Shown one piece after another: positions 1 through 7,879 of a stretch of 51,819 nt of DNA. The stretch lies in NCBI GenBank assembly GCA_020279385.1, contig GCA_020279385.1_4133.1, one strand, 5' to 3'. Under the pieces are notes generated by a model, which saw only the letters and a list, made by a program, of their open reading frames with translations, searched no databases and was not told the DNA's origin. The position numbers and the translations under genes were made by a program. The stretch is from a phage. Within the stretch, counting starts at the first letter, position 1; the number at the start of each line of letters is the position of its first letter.

Positions 1-1528
1 AATTTCTTTCTTCCAGCATTGGAAGCAAGTGCCCTTCTATCCTCTTCATTACGCCAGCCTGACCAACGAAAGGTTTTACCTTTCTCGCTGATTCGTACAG
101 GGCGCGAATATTCAGGATCCCTTTGTTCGCCTTGCCGTGCCTCGTGATCAATTCAATCAATTTGCCCATTTCAGCATCATCACCAGCATAACCAGAAGCA
201 TTTGCGGCGCTAATGTATGTTTTGCTCAATTCCTGAAACATGATCAACGCCTCTTGCATTGTTTCCACGTCGATCTCTTTCGACTTCTGCGGGTATCCAG
301 CAGGATTAAACCAGTTGCGGATAACATGCAGGACGGAAGCAAGCCTGATCACCTGTTTATCCATTTTACCAAGCGCACCGCGTAACATTGTATGAGAATA
401 CTTTCCTCCGTCTGCAAGATGCGGTTCCATATCCTGGCGAGCAATGTTGAGCACTCGCATAGCTGAACGGCTTATTTTCAGCGATATATTTGATTCGCTC
501 ATGATGTTATGCACCAATTGATAATATTGGGCTTTCAATTCAGAATCCACCGCCTCATAGGTAGAATCACCATTTTCATCAATGAATGAGCGACGGCCTA
601 AGAATGATTCCTCGCGGACCAACAAAAAACGCTCACTAACACCGATGCCTCGCGATCCAGCGTCCATGATTCCGCTTATCGTTTCATCCTGGGCTATAAC
701 GCTCATACATCCAAGCGCGCGAAAACTCATATTATTGTCAGCATTAGCACGGGCAATTGATACGTGACCATTATCCCACGCCTTAAGCACTAGCTCACTG
801 TTAGTCTTCCTTTCGCTATTTGCATAGGTCAAGCCTAACAGACTGTTAATACTTGTTGCTTCGTCAGATATTACGGCAAAGTTACCTTGCTTGTTGTTGA
901 TTTTCGCCAAGCCTTCTGGAGTTGTATCTGAAACAGGAAAAGTTATATCACACATTTTTTCCAGCTTTTCCTCCAGATCCTCTTTTTCCTGGTATAGAGA
1001 TTTCATATCAGCGCCGGATCTTTCGCTTTTCATCTCCTTTGCAAGACCTGCCAGCTTTGCCTGTATTTTCTTTCTTTCCTTGCGGCGTTGCTCGTTGATC
1101 TTCTCAACTTCCGCAATCATCGGAGCGATAGCCATGCTGTTGATCGCAGATTTACCAGTTGACGGCGGCTGGCTTGTAACGACGTAAAGCGCAGTCGGCT
1201 GATCGGTTCCGTGATAGTCAACCGTAAAACGTCCAAGCATAGCGGCAGAAATGCAGCCGATAAAGTGCATGTAAGCCGATGATTCAGGGAATTGAACGGA
1301 TCGCGCAATGCTGCGTGATAACTTGCCGACAACATCAATATCATTACCAAGAGAAATAACGGGGTAGCGATCGTGACCGCTATTCACATCCTTTACGTCG
1401 CCCCAAAAGCTGGACGACTGGCGATAGCCGTTAGCCTGAATTGATACGCGAACTGGTGAAAGGTTCTGGCTTTCAGCCATAGCGATTATTTGCTGTGGAG
1501 TTAATTTGTTCGTTTCTAATGAAAACAT
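1..1528 (-). CDS. Large hypothetical protein, at least 509 aa in window; C-terminus runs off the window start
   Basis: Uninterrupted minus-strand frame from ATG at 1528-1526 (AAGGAG RBS upstream) to position 1; absent from the ORF track because it has no in-window stop; function unknown. Confidence 0.7.
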   Translation of the reverse strand, partial: MFSLETNKLTPQQIIAMAESQNLSPVRVSIQANGYRQSSSFWGDVKDVNSGHDRYPVISLGNDIDVVGKLSRSIARSVQFPESSAYMHFIGCISAAMLGRFTVDYHGTDQPTALYVVTSQPPSTGKSAINSMAIAPMIAEVEKINEQRRKERKKIQAKLAGLAKEMKSERSGADMKSLYQEKEDLEEKLEKMCDITFPVSDTTPEGLAKINNKQGNFAVISDEATSINSLLGLTYANSERKTNSELVLKAWDNGHVSIARANADNNMSFRALGCMSVIAQDETISGIMDAGSRGIGVSERFLLVREESFLGRRSFIDENGDSTYEAVDSELKAQYYQLVHNIMSESNISLKISRSAMRVLNIARQDMEPHLADGGKYSHTMLRGALGKMDKQVIRLASVLHVIRNWFNPAGYPQKSKEIDVETMQEALIMFQELSKTYISAANASGYAGDDAEMGKLIELITRHGKANKGILNIRALYESARKVKPFVGQAGVMKRIEGHLLPMLEERN

Positions 1529-1580
1529 TCGTTAGCTTCTCCTTTGTGGGCCGTAAATTTTAACGGCCCAATACTACCCC

Positions 1581-1602
1581 GTTTTGTCAAAAAGTGCTAT
1601 TT
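1581..1602 (-). promoter_or_regulatory. Copy of conserved intergenic element AATAGCACTTTTTGTTAAAAC (variant), about 55 nt upstream of the 1528 start
   Basis: Read directly: reverse complement matches the element found in about 19 copies. Confidence 0.5.
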
Positions 1603-1813
1603 GATCCGCTCTATTGCAACCAGAAGTCGATCAGGCTGGCGGTCGCTGTAGCATTCTCCTGTAATCCCATCTTTAAACGTAAAGTAAAGCGCCTTATGAT
1701 ATGAAAAACCAATCAGCCAGCCTACCGCCGTTTTTTGATGGGCCTGACTATATCGCCAGGCTTGAAAGTCTTTGTGGTAGAATGCGTTACTTTGTAACGG
1801 TTTTCACTGTTTA

Positions 1814-2200
1814 TCACAGATATTTGCCCTCAAACAGATAACATCCGCCAGCAGAGAATCCGACCTCTTCACGGTACAGGTTCCAGCGGTCGCCGCACTC
1901 ATCAAAAACATAACCCGCAACGCTTCCAAGCGGTCGCCCTTTCTCGATCTGGTATCGCTTGCCCTGCTTAAAGTGCTTTTTGCACGGCATGTTATGATCT
2001 ACAAACGTGCAAAGAACGGTTTTTGTGTTAATGGCGCGGTAATCATCTCGGTTTGCTGGAAGCCAGCGGCTACCCTTAACAAGCGTCTTAACCTGGAACT
2101 CTTCCACCTCGATCACATCATCACTTCCTGCAATCTTCTGATAAACCGTTTTAAAACGGCCTTTCATCAATACGTTGGTTTCATTACAGATAACATTCAT
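1814..2200 (-). CDS. Hypothetical protein (128 aa)
   Basis: ORF with AAGGAG RBS before ATG at 2200. Confidence 0.6.
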   Translation of the reverse strand: MNVICNETNVLMKGRFKTVYQKIAGSDDVIEVEEFQVKTLVKGSRWLPANRDDYRAINTKTVLCTFVDHNMPCKKHFKQGKRYQIEKGRPLGSVAGYVFDECGDRWNLYREEVGFSAGGCYLFEGKYL

Positions 2201-2254
2201 GATCAGATCTCCTTTGTTTGTTCGATGTGATTATGCCAGGTTTTTACACCTGGC

Positions 2255-2276
2255 TTTTAACAAAAAGTGCTATTTT
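2255..2276 (-). promoter_or_regulatory. Conserved intergenic element copy; contains the TAG stop of the 2270-2956 gene
   Basis: ttttaacaaaaagtgctatttt on plus strand; hairpin ccaggt/acctgg and CATAAT lie between it and the 2200 start. Confidence 0.5.
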
Positions 2277-2956
2277 GAGTTTGACTCAAAGACGGCGCGA
2301 GCAAATCCGCGCGGAGTGAGGGAGCGTAGTTGCTTTGTTCTGGCAGACTTACCTCCTAAAAACTTCCAACCCCAAAAGAACATTACGCCCTCATCATTGG
2401 ATAACGGCTTGCGTTCCGGTTCGGTAAATCCGTTGCCGCACCAGATAGCCGTCCTTTTAGTGTAGCCATCCTTTAGCGGCATTTTGGGGTGAAATGACCC
2501 ATCGGATTCGTCCAGGTAGTTACCAAAATCGCGCGGATTGAAATAAAAATCCGGCTTGCGCCATAGCGTTGATAGTCGGCCTACCGGATTCTCAGCCATC
2601 CAGGGAACACCGAAATGATTTCCGACTTTTTCAACCATGATTGCATTTTGGAGCGCGATATGAATATCGTCTTCGCTGCGCACATGCTTACTTCCTGATT
2701 GGGCGAACATGGTGCAGTCTGGAAAGCCAAATACAATATCAGGTTTTGGAATATCCATCTTAATGATGTTTTCAATGAAATTTTCATCAATCCACATATT
2801 CACATAATGCAGATTTTCATGCTTCATTTTGATGAAATATTCTCCGTGATTGCCTTCGTCAGCGTTAAAGCAATAGCATTGATAACCAGCCTTCGCATAT
2901 TCAAGCAACATGATTCCAGATCCATCAAACATTGAGTAAGCAACTTTATTTCCCAT
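2270..2956 (-). CDS. Short DNA C5-cytosine methyltransferase-like protein with atypical catalytic motif
   Basis: F-D-G-S-G (motif I-like) and DIVFGFPDCTMFAQSG resembling the PCQ motif IV region, plus ENP (ENV-like); start taken at internal ATG just after the HNH stop; no target-recognition domain evident. Confidence 0.45.
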   Translation of the reverse strand: MGNKVAYSMFDGSGIMLLEYAKAGYQCYCFNADEGNHGEYFIKMKHENLHYVNMWIDENFIENIIKMDIPKPDIVFGFPDCTMFAQSGSKHVRSEDDIHIALQNAIMVEKVGNHFGVPWMAENPVGRLSTLWRKPDFYFNPRDFGNYLDESDGSFHPKMPLKDGYTKRTAIWCGNGFTEPERKPLSNDEGVMFFWGWKFLGGKSARTKQLRSLTPRGFARAVFESNSK

Positions 2957-3473
2957 GATTTTTATGATACCCCAATTCATTCTCGGCTTTACGTTTTGCG
3001 GCAACAGCATCTCCAAAACTGGAGAAACAACCTATATAAATCCTACTTCCTCGCTTTCCGCTTCCAACCCTTACAATCCACTTGCCATGTTTATTTTTAT
3101 GCACACCTGGTATGCCACTTGTATTGTTTTTCTGCTTTGATGTGTTTCGCATATTTCCTTTGTGATCTTTTAACTCAAAGTTTATTGCTCTGTTATCAGT
3201 CGTAATGTGATTTACGTGATCAACCTCCATTCCTTCCGGTATAGGCCCATAGTGCATTTCATAGCATATTCTATGAACTTTCAGGTTATAACGTTTTCCG
3301 TTTACAGTAAGTGCGGTTTCTAAATATCTGCCACCACTACCCAAAGAGCCAACCTCATTACCAGCATTACAAGCATTCCATTGTTTAACTCTTGATTGGT
3401 GAATATCTTTTCTTTCTTTCCAGAACAGCTTTCCGGTTTCTGGATTGTATGTAAAGTAATCGTGCCAATTCAT
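2946..3473 (-). CDS. HNH homing endonuclease with AP2-like DNA-binding region
   Basis: HNH-type His/Asn residues (EVDHVNH..N) plus C-terminal basic domain; paralog of 48048-48533; GAGGTGA RBS. Confidence 0.7.
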   Translation of the reverse strand: MNWHDYFTYNPETGKLFWKERKDIHQSRVKQWNACNAGNEVGSLGSGGRYLETALTVNGKRYNLKVHRICYEMHYGPIPEGMEVDHVNHITTDNRAINFELKDHKGNMRNTSKQKNNTSGIPGVHKNKHGKWIVRVGSGKRGSRIYIGCFSSFGDAVAAKRKAENELGYHKNHGK

Positions 3474-3481
3474 TCATCACC

Positions 3482-3706
3482 TCAAAACGGAAAACAGCGC
3501 GCACAACTAGGATCGAAATCGCATCCACAATCATTAACAATCATAGTGGGATCTGCAAATATTGCGCTTGATTCAAGATCCATATCCATATCACCTAAAG
3601 CCTCATCAAGAGTCTTAATTTTATATGCCACTTCAAGCGCCGCCTCTTTATTTAGTCCGGCATCTTCTGCCATTTGAAGGCGCTCAAAAAATCCGTCTTG
3701 ACTCAT
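3482..3706 (-). CDS. Hypothetical acidic protein (74 aa) with C-terminal Cys cluster
   Basis: ORF with ATG start; CGCDFDPSCARC motif. Confidence 0.5.
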   Translation of the reverse strand: MSQDGFFERLQMAEDAGLNKEAALEVAYKIKTLDEALGDMDMDLESSAIFADPTMIVNDCGCDFDPSCARCFPF

Positions 3707-3819
3707 CGCATAATCCCCTTAATAACAGCCAAGATAATAGCCAGGCCAGCAGCAGTAACCAAAAAGCCAACCGCGCCAATAATCGAATAAAAAAAGAAAT
3801 CAATAGCCTTATCTATCAT
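3703..3819 (-). CDS. Possible small membrane peptide (38 aa)
   Basis: Short ORF MIDKAIDFFFYSIIGAVGFLVTAAGLAIILAVIKGIMR with one hydrophobic helix; stop overlaps the next start (ATGCGATGA); RBS spacing poor. Confidence 0.3.
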   Translation of the reverse strand: MIDKAIDFFFYSIIGAVGFLVTAAGLAIILAVIKGIMR

Positions 3820-3860
3820 TTCCACCTCATTTAAAAGGCGGCAAAACGCCGCCATATTAA

Positions 3861-4088
3861 TTAAAGAGCACGCCAACTTTGAATATAGAAAGCGTTTTCT
3901 TCCAGTAATTCTTTTAACTGATCTTTATTGTATTTGCGCACCTTACCGCCTGGATGGATACCAATAAGATAGCCGCCTTTGCCCTCGGTGATAGTGATTT
4001 GGCTAATTCCACAAGACTTATCAAGTTTTACAGCCACGCGGTGATGAGCGTCAATAGTTGACACAATGTTTAAAACTTTTGCTTTCAT
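3861..4088 (-). CDS. Hypothetical protein (75 aa)
   Basis: ORF with GAGGAT RBS. Confidence 0.5.
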   Translation of the reverse strand: MKAKVLNIVSTIDAHHRVAVKLDKSCGISQITITEGKGGYLIGIHPGGKVRKYNKDQLKELLEENAFYIQSWRAL

Positions 4089-4196
4089 TTAAATATCCTC
4101 AATTGAAATATGAATGGCGTCGTGCTCTTTTTCCGTCGCCGCCGTAATGGTCATTTGCAGCCGATACCATCCATGCATTTTTGAAAATAAATAGCC

Positions 4197-4409
4197 TCAT
4201 TTCTTATTTTTCATCTTAAATTTATGGCCTGGAACACCAGCACCAATATACCCATCGTTGTATTCCATCAAATAAAGGTGAATACCATTATCTGAAATTA
4301 CATGAGGATCTTCTTTGAGATTTCCCATTAGTGGATATTCTTTTTCGCGCGTAAATTTCCAAATTGAGTTATAAGTTTCTACGCATTTAAGTTTTAATTT
4401 CTTTGTCAT
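4197..4409 (-). CDS. Hypothetical protein (70 aa)
   Basis: ORF coupled to the upstream gene. Confidence 0.5.
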   Translation of the reverse strand: MTKKLKLKCVETYNSIWKFTREKEYPLMGNLKEDPHVISDNGIHLYLMEYNDGYIGAGVPGHKFKMKNKK

Positions 4410-4690
4410 TATGCGATACCAGTTACGTTAAAACTTACAGCCTTTGTTGCGCTAAATACATAAGCATCAACAGCGCCGCCAAATACACGAATTTTACCCT
4501 GGCCGTACTGCGCATTCATATTTCGCCAAACCGTTCTATTAGAGCAGAATGCGCTACCAGTCTTAATAAGCGTATCCATCTCTTTTCTTAGATCGCGATA
4601 GTCCAGCCAGAATCTAAAGGCACGCTGTTTAATTCGCGCCGCCTTGATTTTTTCTCTTGCGCTATTGAAATCATTCTTTTCGTATGCCAT
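4409..4690 (-). CDS. Hypothetical protein (93 aa)
   Basis: ORF with GGAG RBS. Confidence 0.5.
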   Translation of the reverse strand: MAYEKNDFNSAREKIKAARIKQRAFRFWLDYRDLRKEMDTLIKTGSAFCSNRTVWRNMNAQYGQGKIRVFGGAVDAYVFSATKAVSFNVTGIA

Positions 4691-4887
4691 TAAATGATCT
4701 CCATGTATGTTTCAAAGCCATTTAACTTGAACAGGTCGTTTTCACATTTGCGCACGTTCCAAGTTAGCCCTGAGTGGTACGCATCCATATCATCAAGGTC
4801 AATGGTGATTTCAGCACCTTTCTTAAACAAACCTTTTTCGTGAGACTTGTCGCGCTTAACAACTTTAACATCAACCTGATTTTCCAT
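4690..4887 (-). CDS. Hypothetical protein (65 aa)
   Basis: Track ORF begins at GTG 4938; internal ATG at 4887 has GAGGAT RBS. Confidence 0.5.
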   Translation of the reverse strand: MENQVDVKVVKRDKSHEKGLFKKGAEITIDLDDMDAYHSGLTWNVRKCENDLFKLNGFETYMEII

Positions 4888-4942
4888 CTTTAAATCCTCG
4901 CTTGTTGTCGATGGGTGTAATATACCATTCAGGCGCACATCG

Positions 4943-4965
4943 TTTTTAACAAAAAGTGCTATTTA
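4943..4965 (-). promoter_or_regulatory. Conserved intergenic element copy immediately after the stop of 4963-5226
   Basis: ttttaacaaaaagtgctattta read on plus strand. Confidence 0.5.
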
Positions 4966-5226
4966 GTCCAGGAATTCGATTTCACGCTCTCCAGTTAACG
5001 GATCCACAAGCCAGAATCCGAGCGGTTCGCCGTGAACACCGCCATAGAATCCAAGCGCTGTCAGATCTTCACCTTTAACGAATACCAGGTTTCCGCTACG
5101 GCTTACGTGAGAAACGTTAACGATAACCGGAAATGTGCGATCCTTAAATGCAGGCCGCAGGGCGTAACATCCGTTGTTGAGCAAACGTGCTTTGCGCTTA
5201 ACTGGAATAGGTGCATTAATTTTCAT
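4963..5226 (-). CDS. Hypothetical protein (87 aa)
   Basis: ORF with AAGGAG RBS. Confidence 0.55.
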   Translation of the reverse strand: MKINAPIPVKRKARLLNNGCYALRPAFKDRTFPVIVNVSHVSRSGNLVFVKGEDLTALGFYGGVHGEPLGFWLVDPLTGEREIEFLD

Positions 5227-5452
5227 GGTTATTACTCCTTATCGTAAAGATTTAAAGACGTATAGTTTATTGCGGTAACTATATATCCGCATTGTTATTT
5301 CTCGCAGTGCAATATATTCCTTCCTGTTTTCCGGAAGACTGGCGAGCAACAACAGGCAGTATTTATAAGCGCGGTCAAGATTTCTTTCCGTGCCCCTGCA
5401 ATATCCCTTGTTGCGCCTGGAACGGTACAGCCATAACAATTTCTTGAACATT

Positions 5453-5662
5453 TCAGATACGCCCATACAGATCACAGACTTCGTTGATAAAATTGCTTTG
5501 CGCCCCTTTGTTGTCACGCTCAAGAATTGCGCGGCATTCAAACTTATGATTATGCACGATGACTACAACCATGTTTTCAGGCATTGAGCGGTTATAGCGT
5601 TGCGCATCAGTGATTAAAACATCCATACCCATCTCATGTGCTTTCTTGATCACATCCAACAT
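5453..5662 (-). CDS. Hypothetical protein (69 aa), paralog of 5650-5916
   Basis: ATG at 5662 with AGGAG RBS; C-terminal NFINEVCDL matches ADFINDVCLL of the neighbour. Confidence 0.5.
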   Translation of the reverse strand: MLDVIKKAHEMGMDVLITDAQRYNRSMPENMVVVIVHNHKFECRAILERDNKGAQSNFINEVCDLYGRI

Positions 5663-5916
5663 TTTTTCTTCTCCTGCAATAAGCAAACATCATTGATAAA
5701 ATCAGCACGGCCCTTAATGTTGCTGATGTGGAGCGTCTTTTCAGCGTACAGGCCATCACCTTCAATCACGATCATTACGCGAGTCGGTTTATTCACGGGC
5801 GCACACGAAAAGAGTGGGCGCGCCGGAAGAAATTTAGTAGCCACATCCAGGTTAGCCCTGGCGGCCCTGCAAAATGCCTCCGCCAGATCCAAATCATTTT
5901 CGGTAATCACCGCCAT
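5650..5916 (-). CDS. Hypothetical protein (88 aa), paralog of 5453-5662
   Basis: ATG with GAGGAG RBS; shared VxIEGD...FINDVC pattern. Confidence 0.5.
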   Translation of the reverse strand: MAVITENDLDLAEAFCRAARANLDVATKFLPARPLFSCAPVNKPTRVMIVIEGDGLYAEKTLHISNIKGRADFINDVCLLQEKKKCWM

Positions 5917-6188
5917 TACTTCTTGATCTCCTCACTGATAAATTTCAGCACCTGACGCAAGAAAACCTCGTTGTTGATAGTCGCTGGCAATTCTTCCTTC
6001 ACTTCTTGCGGCAGATAGATATTGCCGTGCCAGGTCAAGCAATCGTAGTTGATACGATAAGAGCAAAGCCACTCGCAATCGTTATCTGCTTCCCAAATGC
6101 AGAGTTGCAGAACATCGCCAAAATCTTCAACAGTCAGATCCAGACCGTGACGCTTAGCGAAGTTGAAAGTGGTTTTGCTGATGTTCAT
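5916..6188 (-). CDS. Hypothetical protein (90 aa), first gene of the leftward block
   Basis: ATG with AGGAG RBS. Confidence 0.55.
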   Translation of the reverse strand: MNISKTTFNFAKRHGLDLTVEDFGDVLQLCIWEADNDCEWLCSYRINYDCLTWHGNIYLPQEVKEELPATINNEVFLRQVLKFISEEIKK

Positions 6189-6247
6189 TTACTATCTCCT
6201 GAGCGGTTCGTTTTGATGTGTGTAATGTACCCGATCAGACGGCCTGA

Positions 6248-6269
6248 GTTTTAACAAAAAGTGCTATTT
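6248..6269 (-). promoter_or_regulatory. Conserved intergenic element copy upstream of the leftward block
   Basis: gttttaacaaaaagtgctattt on plus strand, about 60 nt from the 6188 start. Confidence 0.5.
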
Positions 6270-6298
6270 GACGGTTAGCGCCAGGATTGCGATCTAAA

Positions 6299-6390
6299 TA
6301 ATCAAAAGTAATCATTCGTAATCAAATCACGTCAAAATGATGATTGCCTTTGCAAATTTGATGAGAAAAGTAATCACGTTTAATCATTGG
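6299..6390. repeat. Iteron-like direct repeats of (G)TAATCA at about 10-bp spacing
   Basis: TAATCA at about 6299, 6309, 6319, 6371, 6381 plus inverted tgatgattg at about 6338. Confidence 0.5.
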
Positions 6391-6560
6391 TTGCAGGGGA
6401 GATAGTGAAACCTTCCCCTCTTTCCTCACTTTTCCGCCCGGCTGTCAGTGGTTGTTGTCTTTTGTTCACCCCTGTTACCGATTTCAGGCGGCGTGTTTCC
6501 GCGCGGTTTTCCGGTGTAGCGAAAACGGAAAAAACAAAAAAAATCCTATATAATACATTG

Positions 6561-6750
6561 AAAATAAAGATTATTTATTTATATATATCTATAATGTTTT
6601 CTTTTTGTTCTCACTGTTACAGTGCTTTTTTTTGGGTGTGGTGTGGTTGTGTGTTGGTATATATGGATAGTTGCGCGCGCGGCGGATTGCATATGTATAT
6701 ATACTTTTTCCGGCGGATTGCGTTAACAGCGTGAACAGAAAAATAACAGC
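6561..6750. repeat. AT/GT-rich non-coding element A, homologous to 36796-36974
   Basis: Shared blocks ttatttatttat, GT-rich tgggtgtggtgtggttgtg, catatgtatatata..ccggcgg, gaacagaaaaataaca. Confidence 0.6.
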
Positions 6751-6822
6751 CCTGAAATCAACAACTTGCGCATGATTTTGTAGTTTTTCGATATTGGTAA
6801 CGTTTTGAATACAACAAAAACA

Positions 6823-6850
6823 TTGACACGCACCAAATAGCTTTTATAAT
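6823..6850 (+). promoter_or_regulatory. Consensus sigma70-type promoter for the rightward early block
   Basis: TTGACA, 16-nt spacer, TATAAT, followed by GGAGGAAAGG RBS and ATG 6882. Confidence 0.65.
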
Positions 6851-6881
6851 GCGCCAACAGTCAACAACTGGAGGAAAGGAA

Positions 6882-7346
6882 ATGGAACAGAAGACCACTA
6901 AGGACTATTGCGATTGGCTTCGCGAGCTTGGTCGCCGCCTGGCTAGTGGCGATATTGAAGAGTATAAAATGTCACTAATTGACCTGGCCGGAATGTTAAG
7001 CGGTGACGACTGCTACAAGATCACGCGCAGTTCATCCTACAGCCGGACCATTATCAACCGCGTTCCAGAAGTAAGGGCCGCAGGTCGGGTAAGCATCAAG
7101 GTAGAGGAAACGGAAGATGATAAATTTTACGTTTTCCGCATGGTCCGCGAATCGAAAAGGAAAATCATCACACCCGAAGAATTGCCAGCCATCAAGGCAA
7201 GGGCGATCAAAAAGTTTGCCGATCGCTTACTGGCAGCAATCCCGAATATCGTTGACCTGGAAGGGGATAAACTGGCTGGGGCTTGCGAGGGCGTAAGCCG
7301 CTACCAGGATATGATCCGCGAAATCATCAAAGAGGAGGAGCAATAA
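6882..7346 (+). CDS. Hypothetical early protein (154 aa)
   Basis: Internal ATG with GGAGGAAAGG RBS; the upstream track ATG overlaps the -10 hexamer. Confidence 0.6.
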   Translation: MEQKTTKDYCDWLRELGRRLASGDIEEYKMSLIDLAGMLSGDDCYKITRSSSYSRTIINRVPEVRAAGRVSIKVEETEDDKFYVFRMVRESKRKIITPEELPAIKARAIKKFADRLLAAIPNIVDLEGDKLAGACEGVSRYQDMIREIIKEEEQ

Positions 7347-7606
7347 TGAAAAAGGCATTAATCGGCGTTTTGGCGGCAATGGCATTCCTGACCGGATGCG
7401 AAAAGGCATCAGAATCAACGGTTGTCGTAGGCGTGGAGTCAGATTTTAAAGTCGGTCGCCTGTTCACTGTTGACGGATGCACAGCATACAGATTCTATGA
7501 TAACGGTCGCGCGATCTATTACACCAACTGCAAAGGCGCAACGGATAGCACGTACAACAGCGGAAAGAACGTAATGCACCAGCAAGTCACAACAGATATT
7601 AAATAG
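7346..7606 (+). CDS. Putative lipoprotein (86 aa)
   Basis: MKKALIGVLAAMAFLTGC signal peptide with lipobox; GAGGAGG RBS; TAATG coupling. Confidence 0.6.
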   Translation: MKKALIGVLAAMAFLTGCEKASESTVVVGVESDFKVGRLFTVDGCTAYRFYDNGRAIYYTNCKGATDSTYNSGKNVMHQQVTTDIK

Positions 7607-7622
7607 CACTTTTTGTTAAAAC
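7601..7622 (+). promoter_or_regulatory. Conserved intergenic element copy containing the TAG stop of 7346-7606
   Basis: aaatagcactttttgttaaaac, then GC-rich dyad and CATAAT before the 7679 start. Confidence 0.55.
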
Positions 7623-7678
7623 GCCGGGCGCAAAGCCTGGCATAATAGCCTCATCGAAACGAGATTGAGGAAACAAAA

Positions 7679-7864
7679 ATGGCACGTCGCATCACCAAAG
7701 ACCTTAAAGTCCTGAACAAAGAAAACGTAGTTAAAATCCTGGTTATCTGGGGCTACAACGAAGAAGCAGCAAAGCAGAAGGTAGAGGCAGGTTATGACCT
7801 GGCTGTAAAAGCAATGCCAAACGACGACGCCAAAGGCATTGCAAACTATGTAGCTTTCTTTTAA
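7679..7864 (+). CDS. Hypothetical protein (61 aa)
   Basis: ORF with GAGGAAA RBS. Confidence 0.5.
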   Translation: MARRITKDLKVLNKENVVKILVIWGYNEEAAKQKVEAGYDLAVKAMPNDDAKGIANYVAFF

Positions 7865-7879
7865 TTAGCGGGTGAATAA

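Noticed and set aside
137-1187. Plus-strand track ORFs 137-385, 582-767 and 891-1187
   Set aside because: The opposite strand carries one uninterrupted 509-codon frame with a strong RBS; the plus-strand ORFs are its antisense shadows.
5239-5541. Minus-strand ORF 5239-5541 (100 aa)
   Set aside because: It overlaps 5453-5662 by about 90 nt, has no ribosome-binding site and shows no coding-like features; the region is more likely a non-coding leader.
6250-6881. tRNA gene or DnaA-box origin in the large non-coding gaps
   Set aside because: No cloverleaf-compatible segment with conserved T-loop or anticodon stem and no TTATCCACA-like boxes were found by eye; a tRNA scan could still overturn this.
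7601-7660. The conserved element read as a canonical sigma70 -35 box
   Set aside because: Spacing from TTGTTA to the downstream CATAAT/TATAAT is 21-22 bp and the alternative hexamers (TTAAAA, TAAAAC) match TTGACA poorly, so a standard promoter reading is not supported.
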